Assembly (NCBI GenBank): GCA_028726605.1
Contig: JAQYPV010000021.1
Span: forward strand, 9,609 to 73,608
Reading direction: 5' to 3'
Origin: Peptoniphilaceae bacterium
Lineage (GTDB): Bacteria > Bacillota > Clostridia > Tissierellales > Peptoniphilaceae
Length of the DNA: 64,000 bases
Under the pieces are notes generated by a model. The model ran no database searches. It was not told where the DNA came from and saw nothing but the letters and a program-made list of their open reading frames with translations. Of this stretch, positions 1-9,403 are shown one piece after another. Both the position numbers and the translations under genes were made by a program. Each line of letters opens with the position of its first letter. Positions within the stretch are counted from its first letter, which is position 1.

Positions 1-600
1 CCCGTGTTAAAAAAGGAGCTGGCGGAGATCGCCCATCAGGACTACATCGCCCGCGCGCCCGAACTCTGGGTGTTCGTTGCCGATGCGTATCGCAATGGCG
101 AAATCGCAAAGGAGAAAGGCCTTTCCGATCACCACGCGTTTGACGTGAACTTCTTTTTCCAGGCGTTCAGCGATGCGCTCTTGATGGCGCAGAATGTGCT
201 GTCCGCCGTGGAGTCGATGAAAATGGGCGGCTGTTTCCTGGGCTCGCTTCTGAACGACGCGGAGCGGGTCATTCAACTCTTGCATCTGCCGGAGGGCACG
301 TTCCCGGCGTTGGGCCTCATGTTCGGCTACCCCGCGCAGGAGCCGCAGCTGAAGCCCCGCATTCCCAACGCGTGCCGCTTCTTTGAGAACTCCTACAGCC
401 GCCCGGAGTCCTTCCTCATGTCACTGGAAAACTACGACGAGACCATGCAGACCTATTACGATTTGCGCGACGAGAACCGTCGTTCGGACACCTTCACCGA
501 TCAGGTCGTCCGTAAAGTCCAAGCGCCCAACGCCGCGCGCAATCGCCTCGCCCGCTCCATCGCCCACAGCGGATTCAAACTGTATCTCGAGGAGGAATGA
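1..600 (+). CDS. NADPH-dependent nitroreductase (NfsA/Frp family), 5'-truncated by the window edge
   Basis: Motifs DALLMAQN..AVES..GGCFLGS, LHLPEGTFPALGLMFGYP and KPRIP are typical of the NfsA family. Confidence 0.85.
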   Translation, partial: PVLKKELAEIAHQDYIARAPELWVFVADAYRNGEIAKEKGLSDHHAFDVNFFFQAFSDALLMAQNVLSAVESMKMGGCFLGSLLNDAERVIQLLHLPEGTFPALGLMFGYPAQEPQLKPRIPNACRFFENSYSRPESFLMSLENYDETMQTYYDLRDENRRSDTFTDQVVRKVQAPNAARNRLARSIAHSGFKLYLEEE

Positions 601-749
601 CCCGCCTTCGCGATGCTGTGCGTGCGCCGTTACGGCCGTCGCGCAACATCGCCGAGGCGCGACGCCCCTCCACAGGCGGCGTCCGGATCAGAATCCACGA
701 AACGATCGTCTGAAAACAGAACGAATCGAAAGAATAGAAAGAAGGTCAT

Positions 750-2237
750 ATGCCTTGCACCACCATTCTCGTCGGAAAAAATGCGTCTTATGACGGCTCT
801 ACCCTGATTGCGCGCAACGAAGACTCGGGGGCCGGCGCCTTTACGCCGAAGCGCTTCGTCTACGTAAAACCCGAAGATCAGCCGCGCACGTATCGCTCGG
901 TTTTGAGCAAAGTGACCATCGACCTGCCGGATGACCCGCTGGGTTACACGGCCATTCCGGATGCCGACCCCAAGGATGGGCTATGGGCAGCGCACGGCGT
1001 GAACACGGCGAACGTGGCCGTCTCTGCCACAGAGACCATCACGTCCAATGCGCGCGTCCTCGGCGCGGATCCGCTGGTCGCCTACCGCCCCGCGGAGGGC
1101 CAGGAAGGCGAGCCGGGCTATCGGCCTGAGGTCATCGGCGGAATCGGCGAGGAGGACATCGTCACCATCGTGCTCCCGTACATTCGCTCCGCACGCGAGG
1201 GCGTCGCCCGTCTGGGCGCGCTGTTGGAGGAATTCGGAACGTATGAGAAGAACGGCATCGCCTTCCAGGATGTGGATGAGATCTGGTGGCTGGAGACCAT
1301 CGGCGGGCATCACTGGATGGCGCGGCGCGTCCCGGACGACGTCTACGTCACCATGCCCAATCAGCTGGGCATCGACGCCTTCGACTTTGACGATGCGTAC
1401 GGCGCGCAGGAGGCGTTCATGTGCTCCGCTGATCTGCGCGACTTTGTGACGGAGCACCATTTGGCGCTGGATCTGGACGGATGGTTCAACCCGCGCCTCG
1501 CCTTCGGCTCGCACACGGATTCGGATCACGTCTATAACACCCCGCGCGCCTGGGTCATGCAGCGCGCGTTAAATCCACGCACTTTCGTCTGGGATGGCCC
1601 CGACGCGGACTACACGCCGGTCTCGGACGACATCCCCTGGTGTCAGGTGCCGGAGCGCAAGATCACCGTTGAGGACGTGAAGGAATTGCTCTCGAATCAC
1701 TATCAGCAGACCCCGTTCGACCCGTATGCCCATCGCGAGAAGACGCCGTTTCGTCCCATCGGCATCAGTCGGAACTGCCATTTAGCCGTCATCCAGATGC
1801 GCCCTGACGTCCCGGACGCCCTGCGCACCATCGAATGGGTGACCTTCGGCTCCAACGTCTACAACACCATCGTGCCCTTCTTCACCTGCATCGACGAGAC
1901 GCCGAAGTACTTCTCCTTCACGCCGAAAAAGCCTTCCACCGAGAGCTTCTACTGGGCGAACCGTCTCCTCGGCGCTCTCGCCGACCCCTATTTCAACAGC
2001 ACCGCGAACCTCTTCGCGAGCTATCGCTTGAACGTGGTGGCCCGGGCTTACGCCATCCTTCACGGCGTCGACAACAAGCATGCTAATGCTTCTGCCGAAG
2101 AGATTCGCTCAGAGTGCATGGGCGCCAATCAGCAGATTGCCGACATGGTCCAGCAGGAGACCGACACTCTCCTCGGAAAAATCCTCGACATCGCGTCTGA
2201 CAAGATGCGTAACGCGTTTTCGCTCTCTGACGAGTAA
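750..2237 (+). CDS. C69 family dipeptidase (PepD-like)
   Basis: N-terminal MPCTTILVGKNASYDGSTLIARNED with Ntn nucleophile Cys; WWLETIGGHHW motif. Confidence 0.93.
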   Translation: MPCTTILVGKNASYDGSTLIARNEDSGAGAFTPKRFVYVKPEDQPRTYRSVLSKVTIDLPDDPLGYTAIPDADPKDGLWAAHGVNTANVAVSATETITSNARVLGADPLVAYRPAEGQEGEPGYRPEVIGGIGEEDIVTIVLPYIRSAREGVARLGALLEEFGTYEKNGIAFQDVDEIWWLETIGGHHWMARRVPDDVYVTMPNQLGIDAFDFDDAYGAQEAFMCSADLRDFVTEHHLALDLDGWFNPRLAFGSHTDSDHVYNTPRAWVMQRALNPRTFVWDGPDADYTPVSDDIPWCQVPERKITVEDVKELLSNHYQQTPFDPYAHREKTPFRPIGISRNCHLAVIQMRPDVPDALRTIEWVTFGSNVYNTIVPFFTCIDETPKYFSFTPKKPSTESFYWANRLLGALADPYFNSTANLFASYRLNVVARAYAILHGVDNKHANASAEEIRSECMGANQQIADMVQQETDTLLGKILDIASDKMRNAFSLSDE

Positions 2238-2273
2238 GTGTGACGCTCGAGCGACTGCGGCTTTTGCCCACTT

Positions 2274-2308
2274 AAAAAGCGACCGGCCTGCGCCGCGTCG
2301 CTTTTTTT
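2274..2308. terminator. Probable bidirectional intrinsic terminator
   Basis: AAAAAGCGAC...GTCGCTTTTTT hairpin between convergent genes. Confidence 0.7.
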
Positions 2309-2311
2309 GAC

Positions 2312-2626
2312 TCATTTTTTCTTCCACTCCCGCACCGCTCGCGTGAGCAAGTACTCGATCTGCCCGTTGATCGAGCGCAAGTCCTCATCGGCCCATCGTG
2401 CCAGTGCCTGCCAGAGTGATCGCGGAATGCGCAACAGCACCTGCTTCTTCTCCGCTTCCGCGGCCTTGAGCGCCTCTTCTCGCTCCTCGAGTTCCGCCTC
2501 GCGCTGTTCGATGAGCGCGAGGCGTTCGGCAAGGGCCGCCTCGCGCGCCTGAAGCCCGCGTTCGGCCGTCTCCTGAACGCTCAGCGTCGCTCGCTTCGCC
2601 CGATCGGCATTTTCTTTCACGTCCAT
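2312..2626 (-). CDS. Arc/ribbon-helix-helix DNA-binding protein with N-terminal coiled coil
   Basis: C-terminal [35 protein letters not shown] is an Arc-type RHH; start abuts the SPFH stop. Confidence 0.8.
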   Translation of the reverse strand: MDVKENADRAKRATLSVQETAERGLQAREAALAERLALIEQREAELEEREEALKAAEAEKKQVLLRIPRSLWQALARWADEDLRSINGQIEYLLTRAVREWKKK

Positions 2627-2628
2627 CA

Positions 2629-3690
2629 CTAGTAAATCGATCCGCTGTTCACGACGGGCGAGATCTCCTTCGAGGCACACAGGACGACGAGCAAATTGGA
2701 GACCATCTGGGCTTTGCGCTCCTCGTCGAGGTTCACGATGTTCTTTTCATCCAGCTGCTCCAGCGCCATCTGGACCATTCCGACCGCGCCGTCCACGATC
2801 TTCGAGCGCGCCGAGACCACCGCCGAAGCCTGCTGGCGCTGCAACATCGCCGCCGCAATCTCTTCTGAATAGGCCAGGTGCGAGATGCGCACCTCTTCCA
2901 CCTCGATGCCCGCGACGGCCGCCTTCTCGCGCAGCGCGCGCTTCATCTCATCCGCAATCATGAGCGACGAGCCCATGAGCGTCTTCTCGCTGTCTTCTAC
3001 GTCGTCGTACTCCAAGTTGTCATACGGGTAGAGGCGGGCGATGTTGCGCACGACTGAATCGCACTGGGTCGACAGGTACTGGCCGTAATCGTCCACGTTG
3101 AACAGCGCCTTCGTCGGATCCACCACGTGCCAGAAGACCACCGTCTCCAACACGATGGGATTTCCAAGGAGGTCGTTCACCTTCTGGCGCTCGTTGTTGA
3201 GCGCGCGCATTTTCAAGGAGACGCGATTCGATTTGGTCGCGAGTTCGACGCCCTCTGCCTCGTCCTTTCCCTTCGCATGGAGCGTGGTCGTCTTCGTCGT
3301 CGGATCATCCACGGCCGAGACGAAGGGGTTGACGAGGTACAGGCCCGGTTCCTTCATGGTCCCGTAGTAACGCCCAAAGAGCGTGAAGACCGCCGCCTCA
3401 TTGGGCTTGACGCTCTTGATGGACGCCACAGCAAACCAGAAGGCGATGAAGAGGAGAATGCCAAGACCAATCCCCAAGCCACCGATCAAGGCCTTTTCCT
3501 GCCCAATCCCATAGATTCCAACGGCAAAAAGGCCAATGCTCGTCGCCAGAACGAGGATGGGCAGCAGAATGACGGCGGCGCCCGACAAGGGTTTCTTCAC
3601 AATTTCTTTGCCATCAAAGAGAGGCGCGTACGGTTCCGACAATTCCTCCACGGTGTCCTGCTCAACAGGCCGATGATTTTGTTCACTCAT
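2629..3690 (-). CDS. SPFH/band 7 domain membrane protein
   Basis: Two N-terminal TM helices; [18 protein letters not shown] and [17 protein letters not shown] motifs; AAAGGGA RBS before MSEQN. Confidence 0.92.
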   Translation of the reverse strand: MSEQNHRPVEQDTVEELSEPYAPLFDGKEIVKKPLSGAAVILLPILVLATSIGLFAVGIYGIGQEKALIGGLGIGLGILLFIAFWFAVASIKSVKPNEAAVFTLFGRYYGTMKEPGLYLVNPFVSAVDDPTTKTTTLHAKGKDEAEGVELATKSNRVSLKMRALNNERQKVNDLLGNPIVLETVVFWHVVDPTKALFNVDDYGQYLSTQCDSVVRNIARLYPYDNLEYDDVEDSEKTLMGSSLMIADEMKRALREKAAVAGIEVEEVRISHLAYSEEIAAAMLQRQQASAVVSARSKIVDGAVGMVQMALEQLDEKNIVNLDEERKAQMVSNLLVVLCASKEISPVVNSGSIY

Positions 3691-3778
3691 AACTGTTCCC
3701 TTTCTCTTCTTGAGTTCGTTTGAACGATTCCGCACGGTGCGGTGCATTCCGTATGCCATATGCCGTTTCCGACCTCTG

Positions 3779-3815
3779 ACGTCCAACGTCCAACGTCCTA
3801 CGTCCTACGTCCGAC
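3779..3815. repeat. 7-bp tandem repeat ACGTCC(A/T), about 5 copies
   Basis: acgtcca acgtcca acgtcct acgtcct acgtccg in the SPFH leader. Confidence 0.85.
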
Positions 3816-3883
3816 ATAGAGATGCGCCGTTCAGTCGAAGCATTCGCCTCCAACATCGAGACTCACGCGGCTTCTCCCTCGAC

Positions 3884-3919
3884 TGATATGATTATAATAT
3901 CGTTTTGATATCATTGCAA
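3884..3919 (-). promoter_or_regulatory. Sigma-A promoter of the SPFH-RHH operon overlapped by GATATC-like boxes
   Basis: Minus strand TTGCAA-17 bp-TATAAT (3919-3891); plus-strand boxes TGATATG (3884), AATATCG (3896), TGATATCA (3906) at 10-12 bp spacing. Confidence 0.75.
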
Positions 3920-4081
3920 CTATGTTTGTTTCAGATCCAACCTCCCACAGGCTCCATTGTGAAATTGCAAGAAATACCATTGTCTGTGACGGAGCGGAGC
4001 TGCTTGTTCGACTTTCTCAAGTGTCGCCTAGCGCGGAGGACGTAGCAATCATGACAAAGTGAGGAACAAAAGGCATCAGCC

Positions 4082-4410
4082 GTAGGGGCAAAACGACGAA
4101 TCATCTTTTTCCGTTGCCATCAAGTAGACGTAAAAAAGATTTATTGCGCCTTGCCCACACTATCCAAAAAATGGTATGGGGATTCGGATTAATTTTACAG
4201 ACGCGTATATGAATACTATACGCAGTCAACTACTTTTATCTCAATGCGTATAGTTTTGTGGACATTCATATACGCAAAAGTTAAGATTTACTTTACTGCG
4301 TTCATAAAAGCTGCAAAAAGATAGACGGTCGCTCTTTATTTTCGAGATTCCCCACACCATTTTTTCACCCATAGACGCTCTTATATAAAATGTTAAATCC
4401 CGTATACCAA
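4082..4410. repeat. Degenerate ~50-53 bp array of inverted half-sites (family A: ATAGACGCA..~20 nt..TGCGTCTAT), about 6 units
   Basis: Forward half-sites at 4124, 4174, 4216, 4268, 4321, 4371; reverse half-sites at 4152, 4202, 4245, 4297, 4349, 4399. Confidence 0.75.
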
Positions 4411-4704
4411 AAGATTTCACGTCTCAAGCTGGCACCGCGCCCAAACAAGTAGCTCCCCTCAAAAAACTTCACTTCCTGCCAGAACCTCGGTATCAGCGTC
4501 GCGAATTAAAGGCGTCATGCGAAACGCATTCCGCTTCTCCAAAAGTTGGAACGCATTGAGACGGCGCCTCTGCTACGATGAATTTGTCAAACGGGAGCCC
4601 GTTCCACGAACCCGACGGCGATGTTTAGAATGGACTCGCTACGAAATGGCCGGATCGCCACATTGGCATAAAGCCATCATAGGATCAAATGATAAGGAGG
4701 GAAA

Positions 4705-5514
4705 ATGGAGTCTCTTAAGGATTGTTTACGCCAGTTAGAGCAGCGTTACCAAAAAATCGAAAACGTGATTCGGGATCGACAATCGAATGTCTTGCCTGGA
4801 CGTCTGGAAGTGCATGAATCTCATGGAAAGACCCACTTCCAACTCATTGTCCCAGATCCGGAGACGAAACAAGATCGAAGAGTTTACATAAAAAGCACAA
4901 GCGATTTGATTCCTCGTTATGCCCAGAAAAGCTATGATCTGGCCGTTGAGCGACTGATCAAAAAACGATTAGAACAAATTCGCCGATTTGAGAAAATGTA
5001 TCGGGAAGATGAACTCCTCGACATTTACGAGCGCCTCCATCCGGCACGAAGACAGCACATTCAGCCCTTTGCCTATACGATGGAACAGTGGCTTGCGATT
5101 CCGTATCCCTCGAAAAAACGCCCGCCCGAGTCCAACGTCTACATTACGAATCAGGGCGAGAAGACACGCTCTAAAACGGAAAAGATCCTCGCCGATACCT
5201 TCTCCCTCCTTCACATTCCTTATAAATATGAGTTCCCGCTCTCCCTCCACGATGGCCGAACTGTGTATCCCGATTTCACCTTTTTCAATCCTTATACGCA
5301 GAAGCAAATCTACTGGGAACATGACGGTCTCATGGACGATCCCAACTATCGCTCCAAAGCCATTGCTAAAATACGCTCCTACGAACTCAACGGCATCTTT
5401 CGTGGACAAAACCTCATCGTCACGTATGAGCTCAATGGTAAAGGGCTCGATCAGCAGTGGATCGAGGCGCTGATTGAGGCTTTTCTGACGCCGTGTATGA
5501 AGGAGAAGACGTAG
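4705..5514 (+). CDS. Hypothetical protein with C-terminal PD-(D/E)xK (Vsr/DUF559-like) nuclease domain
   Basis: AAGGAGG RBS; RSKTEKILAD..YKYE..YPDFT..IYWEHDG..Y..K..K...Y signature; lower GC than flanking genes. Confidence 0.75.
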   Translation: MESLKDCLRQLEQRYQKIENVIRDRQSNVLPGRLEVHESHGKTHFQLIVPDPETKQDRRVYIKSTSDLIPRYAQKSYDLAVERLIKKRLEQIRRFEKMYREDELLDIYERLHPARRQHIQPFAYTMEQWLAIPYPSKKRPPESNVYITNQGEKTRSKTEKILADTFSLLHIPYKYEFPLSLHDGRTVYPDFTFFNPYTQKQIYWEHDGLMDDPNYRSKAIAKIRSYELNGIFRGQNLIVTYELNGKGLDQQWIEALIEAFLTPCMKEKT

Positions 5515-5675
5515 AAACAGATCTCAGTCATCCTTTTTCGCTTGTGTCACTTGATTCTAAACCGCTTGATTCTTATATAAAATCAGGAAAGCTGAATCGT
5601 CCTTCGATCATTGCGCCATCGGCGTAGATAGAGGACTGTCTCTAATGACTTACGTATACAACTCAGGTAAAATAG

Positions 5676-5725
5676 CAACGGCGGAACCACAACGTTTCAA
5701 ACCTCGTGATTCCGCCATTGTTTTA
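5676..5725. terminator. Hairpin, probable terminator between convergent genes
   Basis: CAACGGCGGAACCAC...GTGATTCCGCCATTG followed by TTTT. Confidence 0.55.
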
Positions 5726-5911
5726 CTTTAAATTCGACTTCGATAACGAACAATTGTCGCCTGGAAACCGCTCACAGTAGCCGCTCTTGCTGCCGATTCC
5801 GACAATGCCGCAACCACATTTATGGTTTATCGCTGCGACGCCAAAGCCTTCAGCATCACCTCCGCGGCATCGCGGACCGACATCGTAAAGCGGTATACGC
5901 GCATCCTCCGC

Positions 5912-6079
5912 TTACTCAAAAGGCACTGCGTCCGATTTTTCCCCTACGGGAAGCGTCGGCTCCGGCTTAAACGTCTTCAACAAAATGCGGATGGCCAAGA
6001 ACAGGATGACCATCACCAGAAAGATGCCGCCCCAGCCGATGACCAGCGTCTCCAGGGCCTTTGCCATATCCGTCGACAT
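5912..6079 (-). CDS. Small OadG/GcdD-like membrane subunit of Na+-translocating decarboxylase (55 aa; absent from ORF track)
   Basis: AGGAGG RBS; MSTDMAKALETLVIGWGGIFLVMVILFLAIRILLKTFK.. has one TM helix; immediately downstream of the beta subunit. Confidence 0.8.
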   Translation of the reverse strand: MSTDMAKALETLVIGWGGIFLVMVILFLAIRILLKTFKPEPTLPVGEKSDAVPFE

Positions 6080-6088
6080 CACACCCTC

Positions 6089-7198
6089 CTATTTCAACAA
6101 TCCAAGAATGAGGCCACCGGCGATGACCGAGCCAATCTGTCCGGCCACGTTCGCACTGATGGAGTAATTCAGGATGAAGTTCTTCGGATCTTCTTCCGTC
6201 GCTATCTTCTGCACGACGCGCGCGCTCATCGGGAACGCCGAAATGCCCGCCGCGCCGATCATCGGGTTGATCTTCTCCTTGCGGAACAGGTTGAGCACCT
6301 TGGCAAAGAGCACGCCGCCGATGGAGTCCATGATGAACGCCAAAAGCCCCATGCCGATGATCATCAGCGTCTGCACCTTCAGGAACAACTCGGCCTGCAT
6401 CGTCGTGGCGATGGTGAGGCCCAGCAAAATGGTGATGATGTTCACGAGCGCGTTTTGCGCCGTCTCCGACAGGCGGTCCAGCACGCCGCATTCGCGCATC
6501 AGGTTGCCGTACATCAGAAAGCCCACGAGCGGCAGCGATTCCGGCGCGATGAAGCCCGACACGATGGTGATGATGATCGGGAAGAGGATCTTCGTCTTCT
6601 TCGAGACGGCCTCGGCGTGATAGGTCATCTTGATGCGGCGCTCGGCCTTGGTGGTCACCAGTTTGATGGCCGGCGGCTGAATGAGCGGCACCAGCGCCAT
6701 ATACGAGTACGCGGCCACGGTGATGGGGCCGAGCAGCGACGGCGCGAGCTGTGACGATACGAACACTGACGTCGGGCCGTCGGCCGCGCCGATGATGCCG
6801 ATGGAGCCGGCCTCGCGGATGTCGAAGCCCAACAGCACCGCCACGATCATCGTAAAGAAGATGCCGAACTGTGCCGCTGCGCCGAAAAACAGCATCGACG
6901 GATTGGACAGGAGCGGACCGAAGTCGATCATCGCGCCGATGCCAATGAAGATCAAGAGCGGAAAGAGTTCTGTCGCAATGCCGAAGTCGAACAGGTTGTT
7001 CAAGACGCCGACAGTGTCTCCCTGCGTCACGAGGCCCGAGTGCGGGATGTTGACGAGGATCGTGCCGAGTCCCATCGGGACTAAGAGCGTCGGCTCGTAT
7101 TCCTTCACCACGCCGAGGTAAATCAGAATGCCTCCGACGAGCATCATAACGACCTGTTGCCAGGTTACGGATAAAATGCCTTGGATAAATATTTCCAT
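6089..7198 (-). CDS. Na+-translocating decarboxylase beta subunit (OadB/GcdB/MmdB family)
   Basis: YEPTLLVPMG, IGIIGAADGPT, AAYSYMALVPLIQPP and GAAGISAFPMSAR motifs. Confidence 0.95.
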   Translation of the reverse strand: MEIFIQGILSVTWQQVVMMLVGGILIYLGVVKEYEPTLLVPMGLGTILVNIPHSGLVTQGDTVGVLNNLFDFGIATELFPLLIFIGIGAMIDFGPLLSNPSMLFFGAAAQFGIFFTMIVAVLLGFDIREAGSIGIIGAADGPTSVFVSSQLAPSLLGPITVAAYSYMALVPLIQPPAIKLVTTKAERRIKMTYHAEAVSKKTKILFPIIITIVSGFIAPESLPLVGFLMYGNLMRECGVLDRLSETAQNALVNIITILLGLTIATTMQAELFLKVQTLMIIGMGLLAFIMDSIGGVLFAKVLNLFRKEKINPMIGAAGISAFPMSARVVQKIATEEDPKNFILNYSISANVAGQIGSVIAGGLILGLLK

Positions 7199-7217
7199 AT
7201 CCCCCGTCCTCTGCGCC

Positions 7218-7811
7218 TTACAGAACCGTAAAGAGCACGTCACCGGCGTCCAGCGTGTCGCCTTCTTTTACGCCGATGCCCGTGATGGATCCATTCCGCG
7301 GCGCGACGATCTCATTCTCCATCTTGAGCGCCTCGAAGATCAGCACCGGTTCGTCTTCCGTCACAGTGTCTCCCACCTGCTTCATGATCCGGACGACCGT
7401 CCCCGGCATCGGCGAGACCACTTCCTCGCCCTCGCCCAAACTCACATCCACACCGTTCGACGCGTTCGCCTTCGGCGCCGGCGCGGCCTGCGGAGCTGCT
7501 GCGGCCTGTGGGGCTGGTGGGACTTGCGGGGCGGGTTGGGCCTGCGGGACAGGCTGAGCCTGCGGGGCGGGCTGGACTTGCGGGGCGGGCTGAGCCTGCG
7601 GGATTGGCTGCATCGGCATCGGCTGTCCCGGCATCACCGGTTGCGACGGAATCGGCTGCGGGGCCACTGCAAACTGCGGCGCGTAACCCACCGGCGACGT
7701 GGCGTACACCTGCGTCGGTTGCGCGTAGCTCACGCCATCCGCCGATACCAGCTCCTCCATCTCAACGATAAACGTCTCCCCATTCAAACGCATTCTAAAA
7801 GTTCTCATCAT
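7218..7811 (-). CDS. Biotin carboxyl carrier subunit with Pro/Gln/Ala-rich linker
   Basis: EALKMENEI biotinylation motif; SPMPGTV; (QPAPQA/V)n linker. Confidence 0.92.
   Translation of the reverse strand: MMRTFRMRLNGETFIVEMEELVSADGVSYAQPTQVYATSPVGYAPQFAVAPQPIPSQPVMPGQPMPMQPIPQAQPAPQVQPAPQAQPVPQAQPAPQVPPAPQAAAAPQAAPAPKANASNGVDVSLGEGEEVVSPMPGTVVRIMKQVGDTVTEDEPVLIFEALKMENEIVAPRNGSITGIGVKEGDTLDAGDVLFTVL
7506..7610 (-). repeat. In-frame 18-bp tandem repeat encoding QPAPQ(A/V), about 5-6 copies
   Basis: Recurrent TGCGGGGCGGG(C/T)TG at 18-bp period. Confidence 0.85.
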
Positions 7812-8063
7812 TCCCCCTGTGCTGCTCTCCTTCATCCTGTAGCCGTTTTCGACGAACTTCTTAACGTCGCATCAACGTAGCCTGTTTCTCAATTGCACAT
7901 CAATCAATTTCCGCTTTATTGTAAACGAAATAACCACTCGCGGCACTCTTTCCCGGAGAAAGTGCAAAATGCGAGAAGATTGTATTAAAGAAATAAAATA
8001 GACGAGGAGTCGCGCGGCCTCCATCAGGGATATCGGCGGCAGAGGGCATCCTTCATTGGACGT

Positions 8064-8103
8064 AAAAACGGCCGCTGAGATCTCCCTCAGCGGCCGTCTT
8101 TCG
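8064..8103 (-). terminator. Intrinsic terminator downstream of gdh
   Basis: ACGGCCGCTGAG-ATCTCC-CTCAGCGGCCGT stem with A/T tails. Confidence 0.85.
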
Positions 8104-8137
8104 TTCTTTTCGCGTTACTCGATGTTACTCGATTGGC

Positions 8138-9403
8138 TTAGTACCAACCACGCAGTTTCATGGCCTTTGCGACCGACTGGATGGCGTACATGTAAACCGC
8201 TTCACGCGGGGTGACATCGTAGTCATCCGCAACCTTGAAGACGCCTTCGATGGCTTTCATCATGTCGGCTTCTTCTTTCTCCTCAACTTCGGCTTCCGTC
8301 CAGTAGTAACCATACTGGTTCTGGACCCACTCATAGTAGGAAACGAGCACGCCGCCCGAGTTGGTCAGGATGTCCGGAATCAGCGGGATGTTCTTCGACG
8401 CCAGGCCTTCATCGCCTTCCGGCGTGACAGGGCCGTTCGCCGCTTCGCAGATCAACTTGACGTTGAGTTTCTCAGCCACTTCGCGCGTCACGACGTTCTC
8501 CAACGCAGCCGGGACGAGGATGTCATACTCGCCGACCCAGAAGTCTTCCTGCGGGATTTCCTTCGCATCCGGGAATCCGAGGAGCGTGCCATGCTCTTGC
8601 TTGTAGGCCGCGAGCTTCTCGTAGTCAAGACCGTCTTCGTTGACGAGAGCGTAGTTGCCCTTCTCATGATCCCATTCAGCCAAAGCGACCACATGGCCAC
8701 CCTGACGAACCAAGTTCTTCACCGTGTACTGGCCCACGTTACCAAAGCCCTGGACCGCGATCTTCGCCGTCTTGAAGTCGATGCCGTAGCGCTTCGCCGA
8801 CTCACGTGCCACGATGGCCACGCCAAAGCCGGTCGCTTCGTTACGTCCAAGAGAACCACCGAACGCCGGATCCTTACCCGTGAAGGTGCCCAGATCCATT
8901 CTCTCGCCTTCGCACTTGATGTACTCATCCATGAACCAGCTCATGATGTGGCCGTTTGTGTTGACATCCGGCGCCGGAATATCGATGCGCTCACCGATGT
9001 ATTTGTGGATCATGCGGATGTAACCACGAGACAGCTGCTCCAACTCGCGCTCGGAGAGTTCTTTCGGATCCACGCAGATGCCGCCCTTGCCGCCGCCGTA
9101 CGGCAGACCCAGCGCGCCACCCTTGAAGGTCATCCAAAGAGACAGAGCCTTCACTTCGTCCATGGTGACATTGGGATGGAAACGCACGCCGCCTTTCGCC
9201 GGACCAACCGCCGTGTTGTGAGCCGAACGCCAACCCTTGAACGTCTTAACAGTACCATCATCCATCTTGACCGGGATCGTAACTTCAATCACGCGCTGCG
9301 GTTCTTTCAACAGTTCATAAACAGCCGGATCTAAGCCCAATTTGTCACACGCATTTTTAACCTTCGCTTGTGCCGATTGCAACGGATTCAGAGTATCAGT
9401 CAT
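8138..9403 (-). CDS. gdh: Glutamate dehydrogenase (probably NAD-specific, catabolic)
   Basis: GPAKGGVRFHP, LPYGGGKGG, DIPAPDV, RNEATGFG and QGFGNVG motifs. Confidence 0.96.
   Translation of the reverse strand: MTDTLNPLQSAQAKVKNACDKLGLDPAVYELLKEPQRVIEVTIPVKMDDGTVKTFKGWRSAHNTAVGPAKGGVRFHPNVTMDEVKALSLWMTFKGGALGLPYGGGKGGICVDPKELSERELEQLSRGYIRMIHKYIGERIDIPAPDVNTNGHIMSWFMDEYIKCEGERMDLGTFTGKDPAFGGSLGRNEATGFGVAIVARESAKRYGIDFKTAKIAVQGFGNVGQYTVKNLVRQGGHVVALAEWDHEKGNYALVNEDGLDYEKLAAYKQEHGTLLGFPDAKEIPQEDFWVGEYDILVPAALENVVTREVAEKLNVKLICEAANGPVTPEGDEGLASKNIPLIPDILTNSGGVLVSYYEWVQNQYGYYWTEAEVEEKEEADMMKAIEGVFKVADDYDVTPREAVYMYAIQSVAKAMKLRGWY

Noticed and set aside
4082-5514. TIGR-Tas, integron attC or IS assignment
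   Set aside because: No recognisable Nop domain, box C/D motifs, integrase, attC core sites or transposase; kept only as an unclassified candidate
5828-5905. 25-aa ORF downstream of the OadG-like gene
   Set aside because: GGAGG abuts the ATG with no spacing and the product has no recognisable features
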